Assembly: GCA_042852035.1 (NCBI GenBank)
Contig: BAAFHK010000001.1
Coordinates: 120,001 to 152,000, forward strand
Direction: 5' to 3'
Length of the DNA stretch: 32,000 bases
Origin: Candidatus Saccharimonadota bacterium
GTDB taxonomy: Bacteria; Patescibacteriota; Gracilibacteria; BD1-5; UBA2023
This document shows positions 10,769-19,241 of this stretch, one piece after another. Made by a program: the position numbers and the translations under genes. Position 1 is the first letter of the stretch, and each line of letters starts with the position of its first letter. The notes beneath the pieces are model-generated. The model ran no database searches. It worked only from the letters and a program-made list of their open reading frames with translations, and was not told the DNA's origin.

Positions 10769-12529
10769 TCAGCGCTTCATGTCTTGGAGCAGACGAGCCC
10801 GTTGTTCGGGCGTCATCGCTTTCAGACGAGCATCGAGCTCGGCGCCATCAGCGCGCTGTATGCCATCCTTGCGGACGGCATCAGCGCGCGCAGCTGCACC
10901 ATCTTCTCGGGCCGTGCTTGCGAGCACTGGGATCGAGTCGTTCGAGAACGACTCGATATCCACAGTGCCGCTGCCCGTGTCCGAGTAGCCGATGGTGACG
11001 ATATCACCCTTCTCGGTGATAGGGAGGGTCACAGAGACCCCTGAGGTTGCCACGAAGATATGCTTCGGGCGGCCTTCTAGCCGGAAGTAGAAGAAGGTGT
11101 TGCCGCCACGGACGTCTTGTCCGAAGCGTTCCACCTTGCCACTGAACTTCTCCCGCTGTTTGAGCGGGTCGGCTACGGCCGAATTGCCTCGCGAGGCGAG
11201 CTTGCTCCGGTAGTTCCGGAGTGCTTCTTGTTTGGTGTCACCCACGCCGACGATTTCATAGTTCTCTACTGAGACCATCGCCACGGCCTTCACGAGTCCT
11301 GCGTTGTCCTTGAGGGGACCAACGTAGGTCGGTTTGCCGGCTATGTTGTAGATGATGAAGTTCGTCGCGTCGTACTTCATTGCCTGCGTAGCGCCTTCGG
11401 CCGATCTCTCGGCTTCACCTTCGGTCGCTCCCGCGACGTCATAGCGCTTGATAGCCTTGGTACGGCTGTCGATGAGGAGGAACGCCGTGATGCTGTTGTC
11501 CTTCCCCGTGGATGTCAGGCCCGAGTACCAGTAGGCTCGACCATCGTTGCCGTAGACGAGCCTGAGTTCCTTGTTCGAGGTCTTCAGGATTTCGTCATGA
11601 GCCCAGACAGCGTTCCACCAGCCGTGGATGTATTCACCCCACCAGTTGATTTGGTCATGGATGAAGTCTTCCGGCTGGATACGGTCCACCCATGCTGGTG
11701 CGTCTTCGATCGAGTACTCTTTCAGGGTGCCCGTCTCGACGTCGACAAGGATGATTCCAGTAGCGTCCTCTCCCGAGGCGCCAACCTTCTTCTGGTAGAT
11801 GGTGGCCACATAGTAGGGCCGGCCTTCGTCGTCGATCTCGAACGTGTAGTCCGTCACGCCACGGGTGGCGTAGCCGTTCATGTAGATGTGACGTTCGAGG
11901 TCTTGCCCGAAGTAGGCGTTCGGCTGGTAGCGAATATGGATCGGCTTGTCGCCAATCTTCTCGACCAGTCGGACGTTGTCCGGGTTCGTCGCCGAGACCA
12001 TGACATAACCAGGAGTACCTTCGCTCCCGAACTGGGACCACTTGCGGAACCCAGTATGCATGAGTGGAGCCACCCAGTAGAGGTCATCTTTCACCCGCTG
12101 GATGTGCATGTCACCGAGTACGACACGCGAGCCGAGACCAGCATCGCTGCCGAGTTGCTTGCTGCCAAGCTTCACGGCCATGTCGTGATCGACGATTCGC
12201 AGGTGGGCGGGATCCACCGGTGCAATGTCTTGGGTGAAGACCGATGTCTTGATATCACCCAGAAGGCTCCGGTAGTTGCCCGATTGGTGGATGCCCCAGG
12301 TGCTCACGGGCAGGATCACCACGAACATGACGAGTCCCAGGATCACTGGTGCTGCGCGCATGAGCGTGGCGCGATTGGCTTCATTCCTGCCAGCGAGCTG
12401 ACGGAAGATGAGCGGGATGCCGGCTGAGACGACCATGAGGATCCACAGGTCCGACCACCAGAAGTTGATGGTTGGAAGCGTCAGATAGGTCAGTAAAGCA
12501 CCTATTACAGCGATTGCGATATAGGTCAT
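10769..12529 (-). CDS. membrane-anchored protein of unknown function (about 3 N-terminal TM helices plus a ~500-aa soluble domain)
   Basis: 586-aa uninterrupted standard-code ORF. Strong SD (aaaggagaaggtcgcATG). GC-rich codon third positions. Hydrophobic segments IAIAVIGALLTYLTL, LWILMVVSAGIPLIF, APVILGLVMFVVILPV. Trp/Tyr-rich central region and an Ala/Arg/Asp-rich tail. TGA stop followed by its own terminator. Family not recognised. Confidence 0.85.
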   Translation of the reverse strand: MTYIAIAVIGALLTYLTLPTINFWWSDLWILMVVSAGIPLIFRQLAGRNEANRATLMRAAPVILGLVMFVVILPVSTWGIHQSGNYRSLLGDIKTSVFTQDIAPVDPAHLRIVDHDMAVKLGSKQLGSDAGLGSRVVLGDMHIQRVKDDLYWVAPLMHTGFRKWSQFGSEGTPGYVMVSATNPDNVRLVEKIGDKPIHIRYQPNAYFGQDLERHIYMNGYATRGVTDYTFEIDDEGRPYYVATIYQKKVGASGEDATGIILVDVETGTLKEYSIEDAPAWVDRIQPEDFIHDQINWWGEYIHGWWNAVWAHDEILKTSNKELRLVYGNDGRAYWYSGLTSTGKDNSITAFLLIDSRTKAIKRYDVAGATEGEAERSAEGATQAMKYDATNFIIYNIAGKPTYVGPLKDNAGLVKAVAMVSVENYEIVGVGDTKQEALRNYRSKLASRGNSAVADPLKQREKFSGKVERFGQDVRGGNTFFYFRLEGRPKHIFVATSGVSVTLPITEKGDIVTIGYSDTGSGTVDIESFSNDSIPVLASTAREDGAAARADAVRKDGIQRADGAELDARLKAMTPEQRARLLQDMKR

Positions 12530-12568
12530 GCGACCTTCTCCTTTCCTTCGAGAAGAATGTTAAAGAAT

Positions 12569-12581
12569 TGCTGTTACAGCA
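12569..12581. promoter_or_regulatory. perfect 13-nt palindrome TGCTGT-T-ACAGCA in the divergent intergenic region (candidate operator)
   Basis: Read directly from the sequence. It lies 40-52 nt upstream of the ATG of the 586-aa gene. Confidence 0.3.
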
Positions 12582-12634
12582 GCTTTTAAATTATACATTA
12601 ATTATTAGTTATAGCAAATAATCACATCATAATA

Positions 12635-12662
12635 TTGACAATATCCTGAAACTCTATACTAT
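12635..12662 (+). promoter_or_regulatory. candidate sigma70-type promoter for the 135-aa ORF
   Basis: TTGACA (12635-12640), a 16-nt spacer, then TACTAT (12657-12662). An overlapping TATACT sits at a 14-nt spacing. About 90 nt upstream of ATG 12753. Confidence 0.35.
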
Positions 12663-12752
12663 CATCGAACCCCTTGATGGGGCAAAAAGTGTCATGCTCG
12701 CCTGATCATCGAGTATGATGCACCTACAACGTGAGTTCCTGGAGATTTGTGA

Positions 12753-13160
12753 ATGGCAAACAGTAGTAATAAGCCCGCGGTCATTTTTGGCCACAATGTT
12801 GGTCGTGCTGAGGAGGACCTGAACATCCAGCAAGACCTCGGACGTCGGCGATTCGTGCCGGTCGCGTTCCGCGTCGGAACCCACAAGAACGAAGCGGGTA
12901 CCAATACGTCCACGCTGAAGTTATTGATTTGGGCAACCCGAAAAGGGCTCGGAAACAAGATGACGCTCGATGGCTTCCTCCCGTACTTTGCGGAGTATTG
13001 GAATGAGACCAATAACGGCACTCGCGCACCTTCCTGGTCGAGTCATCGCAACTTGCATGAACTTTGGCGTCTGTGGCGGCGTAATCCCAAGACCCTCGTG
13101 TCCGATGTTTTTGAGCTTTACGGCTCGGCATTTGCCCCGAAGGAGTCTGCCACTACCTGA
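12753..13160 (+). CDS. hypothetical 135-aa protein (island gene 2)
   Basis: ATG preceded by ggag 8 nt upstream. The composition is protein-like, unlike the Arg/Ser/Cys-rich shadow ORFs on the opposite strand. TGA stop, with a terminator about 100 nt downstream. No family recognised. Confidence 0.6.
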   Translation: MANSSNKPAVIFGHNVGRAEEDLNIQQDLGRRRFVPVAFRVGTHKNEAGTNTSTLKLLIWATRKGLGNKMTLDGFLPYFAEYWNETNNGTRAPSWSSHRNLHELWRLWRRNPKTLVSDVFELYGSAFAPKESATT

Positions 13161-13256
13161 CCAAGCTCACGAATACACAAACAAAATAGTTCCTGTGTAG
13201 AAATCAACCACTGATACTGGGTTTACCGATCCAGTTGTCACGTTCAGATCGATTTC

Positions 13257-13286
13257 AACCCCCTTACCCGGGGGTTTTCGTTTTTT
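13257..13286 (+). terminator. intrinsic terminator at the right edge of the island
   Basis: aaccccc-ttaccc-gggggtt followed by ttcgtttttt. Confidence 0.7.
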
Positions 13287-13308
13287 ATGAGGAATATTTC
13301 AATTTAAC

Positions 13309-13336
13309 TTGAGTCAGGTCGCTATCTCTATATACT
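13309..13336 (+). promoter_or_regulatory. candidate promoter of the desaturase gene
   Basis: TTGAGT, a 16-nt spacer, then TATACT. It ends 22 nt before ATG 13359. Confidence 0.4.
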
Positions 13337-13358
13337 TAATTAGAGTAACCTATCCTGT

Positions 13359-14351
13359 ATGGAAACCAATAATAAACAAAAATATAGTGAGCTATTCGGA
13401 GAATTAAGAAATCTCCTTATCGAAAAAAAACTTAACGGAACGGATTGGAAGTATGGTATTATAATGCTTACCATAGCAGGATTTCTCTATGCCATTGGGA
13501 TTTATTTTATGCCTCTATTCGGTCCGGTTCTCACAGTTTTCTATTTTTCTCTTCTCTTTGTTGAGATGGGGTATATTTCTCATGATATCATTCATAATCA
13601 ATACTTTCAGAGCGTGCGCATGAATCGAGCGATAGCCATGATCTATGCGAATATGGGTATCGGACTTTCATCATCCTGGTGGATTGAGAAGCACAATGTT
13701 GGGCACCATAATTCGACCAATTCTAATATTCATGATACGGATATTAGAGATTATGATGAGATTTTTACAGGAAGAGTGGGGAAGCATCCATTTTTTCATA
13801 AACACAAAAAAGTACTCTTTTGGATTGCTCCGATATTTCTCTATTTCAATCTTCTGATTGAGTCGTATAAATTCCTTTTCCGTAAAAAATATTTTCCTGA
13901 AATGTTGATGAATCTACTGTTCCTCCTTTTTCCAACATTATTGATAATCCAATTTGGTGCTATCATTTGAATTTTTGTATTTCTTGCTATAGGAGTTATT
14001 GTCGGAATGATTCTTGGTTATGTATTTATGGTGAACCATATTGGACTCGAGATTATCGATGGTCTTCATATAAGAGAATATGCATGGATTGATCTCCAGA
14101 CTCGCACCTCACGTAATATCTTATGAACACGTCTTACGACTGAGATTTTTTGAGGTCTTGATAAACAGATTGAACACCACCTCTTCCCACAGATTTCGAG
14201 GAGAAAGATTAGGAAGGTTGCAAAGGTGGTAAAGGAGTTTTGTATAGCAAATAATCTTCCATATCATGAAGTTTCCTTTTTTGAGGGACTTTCAGAAATA
14301 GCGCATACCCTAAAAACAGGAGAGACGCTCAATATTGGCAAATCCTTATAG
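13359..14351 (+). CDS. membrane fatty-acid desaturase (three His-box family)
   Basis: ATG 13359 to TAG 14349-14351, 330 aa with 3 in-frame TGA. His boxes HDIIH, HNVGHH and QIEHHLFP, with hydrophobic stretches between them. Confidence 0.88.
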
Positions 14352-15401
14352 CTTTGTTTTCTTTCAAAATGCTCCAAGTTGATTCGCGGCTTTTAGTGAG
14401 GTGACAGTTTCTCATTCTTCAACGAATGTTTGTACTTGCTTTTCTTCATAGAGTCATGCTTCTCGACCAAATCCATCACCATCAGCAACTGAAAGAGTAT
14501 CATATTCAGTAAGATCGAGAGAGAAAGAACGTATAAATTCAAATGTATTTACTCATTCATCATGGAATGTATGAATGCCTCATTCCTCGATTCCTTGGGG
14601 TAGAAATATTTTAGTTAGCCCAGTAGCAAAAACTGTTTTAACATTTTTTCCAGGTCACAAAGTCAATGTTTTAATAGTGAGGGGAGCTTCGAGAATCTCG
14701 AGAACCTCTTTGAGTCATACATTTCCTTCAGATTTTATTCGTTTACTGAGGTATCTCGTTCGAGCTAGTTGTACGAGTAATATTGCTTTTACTATTGGGA
14801 TGCCACCACCTTCAAGATAGGGAACAATGATTTCCGGCTTCCCATTTTTCCGCCCAATAAGGACGATTTCTTCAAGTGATTCCTCATATGCGGTGAGTCA
14901 AGGGGATTTATCAGCTCTTCCAGCAGGGAGTGTATATTTGCCTGCATCAGTCGGAGCTCAAGCATCTCGACGCAGAAGGGGAATTCTTTTTCCATCTTTT
15001 GTTTCTATGCTTAGAGCTGCCACTCAAGAAAAAAGTATACCCTCCTTTGATTTATTTCGTAGCTCCCCGACAGTGGCTATTTTTGGTGCATCAACTTTAT
15101 CATTGAGTCGCACGAAGGAATCTTCGGTGATGACGACATATGTTCCATCAGGATTTTGCTCAATAGAGCTCGCTTTATAAAAAACTTTATCATAGAGGGG
15201 ATGACTTTCTTGGAGGAGTGAAGCATTTGCTCATTCTCTTGTAAGTGAAAGGAGGTGTGCGTAGGCTACAAGTTCTTCTCCAGTTGATTCTCCCTCGATA
15301 ACTTGAGTTACCCCATCTTTCAGTTGAGCTTGAAGTTTTTCAAGGACTCATTCTTGAGTCTGGGTCGGTTGTACGACCCCTGTTTCATCAACTTTTACCA
15401 T
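14346..15401 (-). CDS. hypothetical protein (351 aa), possibly with a degenerate Nudix-like box
   Basis: Triplet check finds no TAA/TAG over 352 codons. Starts MVKVDETGVVQP. LPAGRADKSPGLTAYEESLEEIVLIG loosely resembles the Nudix box G-x5-E-x7-REUxEE. It overlaps the desaturase stop by 6 nt in convergent orientation. Confidence 0.68.
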
Positions 15402-15518
15402 AAGAAAGAGAGTAATATATGATTTATATTATAATTATTATTTAAATAGAGTCAAAATATTAACCTCAATTCTATATTGAATGAAATCAGAGTTTTGCAA
15501 TCCCTTAGAGAATCAATA

Positions 15519-15546
15519 TTGACTTTATAACTTAAGTTTCTATAAT
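15519..15546 (+). promoter_or_regulatory. near-consensus sigma70 promoter
   Basis: TTGACT (15519-15524), a 16-nt spacer, then TATAAT (15541-15546). It ends 24 nt before ATG 15571. Confidence 0.55.
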
Positions 15547-15570
15547 TATGAATTATTCTTATCCTGATCC

Positions 15571-15942
15571 ATGACTGCTACAAAAAGCCCTGTATTATTT
15601 GTTTCAATTTGAGATGCTCCACTTTGAGTAAGGTGAAGGTTATCCCAGTGACAATCGAGTCTGAATCTAGGTGTTAGTTCTCCTCAGCAGCTTTCAGCTA
15701 TGATAAAAGCCCATGTTTACGAATCAGTTACTATAATGAATCCATATGACTACCAAGTTGATTGAGGTTGAGTAATATCTTGAGTTTTTGCAGAGGTTTT
15801 TTGAGATATATATTTTGATCCGAAAACATGTAACTTTGCCAATAATCTTCCACAAACACTATTAACGGGTTCAAAAATTGTAGTTATTGATACGCGGTGA
15901 CATGTATCTTTGTTGATTATTAATCAAAAAATCGAACGCTAA
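15571..15942 (+). CDS. small hypothetical protein (123 aa) with unusually many TGA-encoded glycines
   Basis: This is the only frame on either strand without TAA/TAG across the otherwise gene-less 15402-15938 gap. 9 of 12 Gly codons are TGA. An alternative upstream ATG exists at 15481. TAA at 15940-15942. Confidence 0.45.
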
Positions 15943-17084
15943 TTCTTTTTATACCAAAATCGACACTCTTCACTTCCGTTGAGGAGTTTTTTATTGGCAA
16001 GACCATGTCGAATATCTACGGGGAAAGTAGTGATAAACCCTCATCCATATTCTCGTATTTCCTTGATCAGTTTGGTATATATTTCATGGAGTGATTCGCT
16101 TTCGAGACGTTTCCCATATGGAGGATTGGTTACGATAGTGTGATTATTATTTGTCGTAAGGTATTCTGTGCATGAAAAATTTATATCACCCGCAACGCCA
16201 GCACGTTCGGCATTTCTCTTGGCGATATCAATCATATTTTTATCTAGATCAGAAGCAGAAATGGTGTAACTTCCACTCGGGTAGATTTTGCTTTTAAGAT
16301 TTTCTTTTGCTTCCAAAAAAAGTGTTCGATTGTGAATTGGGAGGCTTTCGATACGGAAGTGCCTCATGAGTCCTGGGGCAATATTTCGTGCCATCATGGC
16401 AGCTTCGATAGCGATGGTTCCGCTTCAGCAAAATGGATCGAGCATCGGTTCTCGAAATCTCCAACCCGAAAAAGCAATCAGAGCTGCTGCAAGGGATTCT
16501 TTAATAGGAGCTTCTCATGATTCGGCTCTATAGCCTCGCTTATGGAGTGGGTCTCCAGTTATATCAAGAAGAATATGAGCAACATCATCGATAAGAAGGA
16601 TGAGGATATGAACTTCTACTGCATGGGCGTTATCGGGGGTATGGAGAGTTGAGTATATGGCTTTTTGCCCGACCGACTGAATTGTTGGGATACTTGTAAG
16701 AGTTGATCTCGTTGAGCTCGCCTCGATTACGATGACTTCTTTTCCGCTGAGGTAATCCCCCCATGTGATACTTGCGAGTACATCATGAAGCGTGTCAAAA
16801 TCGGTAATCTTTTCTTTCGCGATTTCGATATAGACCCGATTAGAAAATCGACTTCCAATAAGGAGTTTATAGAGAGTTTCGAGATTTCATTCTCCAAAAA
16901 CAAGTCGATCTTGACCGCTTGTTTGGCTGAGTCCTAGTCTCTCACTTTCTCTTCGTACGAGTGACTCAAGTCCCGATTGGCAGGTGAGAGTTATATGGAT
17001 ATGTTCTTTATCGAAAGGGGGGAGTTCGATTTTTTTGACTTCTTTGACGGGTGTTGCCGATTTTTTGTGCGCTATGATTTTCAT
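15939..17084 (-). CDS. THUMP-domain class I SAM-dependent RNA methyltransferase (RlmL/RlmK-like)
   Basis: Triplet check finds no TAA/TAG over 382 codons. It joins track ORFs 16887-17111 and 16041-16397. Motifs: LHKRGYR, DPFCGSGTIAIEAA and TNPPYGKR. Confidence 0.88.
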
Positions 17085-17168
17085 GTCTCGAGTATAGAGA
17101 GAAAGGCTCAAATGTAAAAGAATTCATAGAAATATTGACCAATTAAAAATTTTATATATTTTCATACT

Positions 17169-17669
17169 ATGAATCATCCAAAACCAATCCCATGAACTGA
17201 GTCTCTGGATTATAAATGTGCTACGTGTGAGTATGTTGCTCGATGAGCAAACGGTCGTGCATTTTGCATTCTTAATCAAAGTGTTCCAGGCGGGAATATT
17301 CCGAATGATATTTGAGTCCAAAGGCTTGAGGCGGGCATAGAGTCACGTCCTATCATTATTAGAAGGATTCTTGAATGAATGACTCATCCAGGTCAAGAAA
17401 ATGCCTGCAACTATCATAGTGAAAAGGTAAGAGATGAGGAAATGCAAGGGGTAGAACTCACACTTCTTGACTGGAAACAGAAACCAGTAGATGAGTGGGG
17501 ATTATCCGTACGAGTAACAAACGCTTTAAAAGTGGAACAGGTTACCTTAGAGGATCTTATCCAAATGGGTGCTTCAGGGTTTAGAACTCGATTGCGACGA
17601 ATGTGAAAGAAAAGTGAGGTGGAAGTAAAATTTTTTTTAAAAAGGATATGAGTAACCTGGAAAGAATAA
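17169..17669 (+). CDS. stand-alone RNA polymerase alpha-CTD-like (helix-hairpin-helix) protein with N-terminal Cys-rich segment
   Basis: ATG 17169 to TAA 17667-17669, 166 aa. WGLSVRVTNALKVEQVTLEDLIQMGASGFRTRLRRMGKKSEVEVKFFLKRIG parallels the RpoA CTD pattern (LSVRs.NCLK...DL....L......GKKSL.EIK..L...G). N-terminal part contains YKCATCEY...FC. Confidence 0.62.
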
Positions 17670-17716
17670 CGCGTCTTTCAGATTGCTTTTCATTCGCTTC
17701 TGAGTAGAAATATCCT

Positions 17717-19222
17717 ATGATTATCACACCTCTCGGTCATACCGAATTTCTCGTTGATATCGAGAATAATGAAAAGCGAAATGTTCGCATCATGGTTGAT
17801 GCTTGGCTTTCAGATTATGCGATTTGAGACCTTATGGAGCGCACAGTAAAGGTGAGGCTTAATCCTGAAAAGCTCAAAACTTTGGATGCTATATATATTT
17901 CTCACGCTCACTGTGATCATCTTGATCCATATACACTTCGTGAGATATATGAGCATGCGAATCCTACCCTTATATTGCCTTTTACGATGAGATATCTTGA
18001 GGGGCTTTTTCACGAATATCTTCCTGATGCTCAGGTTATTTGGCTTGAAAATAAAAAATCCTTTCATCTTCATGGTATTGAAATCACGGGATATATGTGG
18101 TCCAATCCAGTCATTACAAATGAAGATGATGTGATGATGCTTGCGATTTCGAATGATCGAGAGCTCGTTTTTGCTGAGATTGATACCGTTCCCGATATGG
18201 AGGATGAAGAAGTACAGAAATCTCTCTATAAGGTCTTTACTCGAAGAGATTATGAAACAACATGTTATCTCGCGAGCCGAAATTGTCTCGAAGGACAGAT
18301 TCCATACTATGATGTAAAACCCGAAAAAAGGAAAGCCTATCGAGATAACTATATCGCAGGACAAAAAGAAGAAATTGCCTTCCAATATGAACGATTCGAA
18401 TACGAAGAATTTACTCATCATCCGAACCTCTTTTCGCTCTCAGGATTTGTTCGTGGATTTATCTGACAGGGGATAGCATATCCACGAAAAATGAGTGAAG
18501 AACTTTTTGGTCTTGCTCTTTTTCCACTCGATGAATTCGTTTCTATCGAGAACGATTATGCAAAAAATGCTGGATACAATTTTCCACAAAAAGCACTTAT
18601 TCCTGGAAGGCAATACCGAGTTGAAAATGGAGGTATAGAAGTAGGGAGAAAGGAATTCTCTCTCTGAGTCCTCGAGAAAACACTCGTGAGTGAACAGAAA
18701 GAATTCAAAGAAAGGCAATATGCCAGTGCTCCACTCATTTCTCAAGACTTTTCTCTTGAGGATCTTATGAAAAGGAAAAGACAGATTCTCGAAATACTTA
18801 ATACTCGATTTCTCCCGTATTGGTCAGCTTCTTCAGTTGCGAGCCTCAGGGAATCGCTTCTGCGAAACCAGGGATTCTATCGTATACGGTTTTTTGTATC
18901 TGATTCGAGTGTTGTATTTGAATATAGTACTGCTCGAAGTGGTTTTTGTGAGGTTCCATTTGCGCAAAATATGAATATTGATGAAGAATATTGGCTTATC
19001 GATATTCTTGATTTTCTCGATGGAAAACTCGAAATGTACTCATCATTTTGGCATAACCTTGATCCGAAAAAGATCTACCGACTCTGGACATGCCTCGGAG
19101 CAAATTTTTGTAATAATGATCTCGTAGAAAAGAAATATCGATACCACTTTGAACGAGCAAGAAATGGGGATACAGCAATATGATTTGTAGAATGAATTCT
19201 TAGCACCATCCCTCATTCGTAA
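17717..19222 (+). CDS. MBL-fold metallo-hydrolase with ~280-aa C-terminal extension of unknown function
   Basis: ATG 17717 to TAA 19220-19222, 501 aa. It joins track ORFs 17834-18466 and 18686-19183 via TGA. Metal-binding motif ISHAHCDHLD. Confidence 0.8.
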
Positions 19223-19241
19223 CTATCATTGAAATTTTTTT

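Larger units (their letters stand above)
10733..13290. other. GC-rich foreign island: two divergent standard-code genes with their own terminators
   Basis: Spot counts give about 60% GC, against about 35-40% in both flanks. The left edge is a GGGGCCCC hairpin 44 nt past the tRNA. The right edge is a CCCCC/GGGGG hairpin 22 nt before the desaturase promoter. No in-frame TGA in about 720 codons, and both genes stop with TGA. Confidence 0.85.

Noticed and set aside
11597-12427. 276-aa plus-strand ORF in the track (also 11655-12041, 11878-12087, 10749-10988, 10784-11044)
   Set aside because: These are shadow frames antisense to, or out of frame with, the 586-aa gene. In ~60% GC DNA such frames are expected to be stop-poor. 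Their composition is Arg/His/Val/Asp-rich and unlike protein, and they have no SD or terminator.
12692-13131. Minus-strand ORFs 12692-13021 and 12781-13131 opposite the 135-aa ORF
   Set aside because: Their Arg/Ser/Cys/Trp-rich composition is typical of off-frame GC-rich DNA. The plus-strand ORF has the SD, the terminator and protein-like composition.
10733-13290. Explaining the GC-rich segment simply as an assembly chimera or contaminant
   Set aside because: This is not fully excluded. However, the insert is internal, with code-25 backbone DNA on both sides. The junctions also fall precisely at terminator boundaries rather than inside genes. It is kept as a finding, with read-mapping as the decisive test.
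10690-13358. Integrase, att-type direct repeats or a duplicated tRNA 3' end flanking the island
   Set aside because: I looked for a copy of the tRNA-Glu 3' half near the right border. Only a weak resemblance was found (gttcagatcgatttc versus gttcgattctc). No recombinase ORF is present, so no integration mechanism can be claimed.
17810-18421. 203-aa minus-strand ORF
   Set aside because: It is antisense to the MBL-fold gene, whose frame carries the HxHxDH motif. The minus ORF is Phe/Ile-rich and low-complexity.
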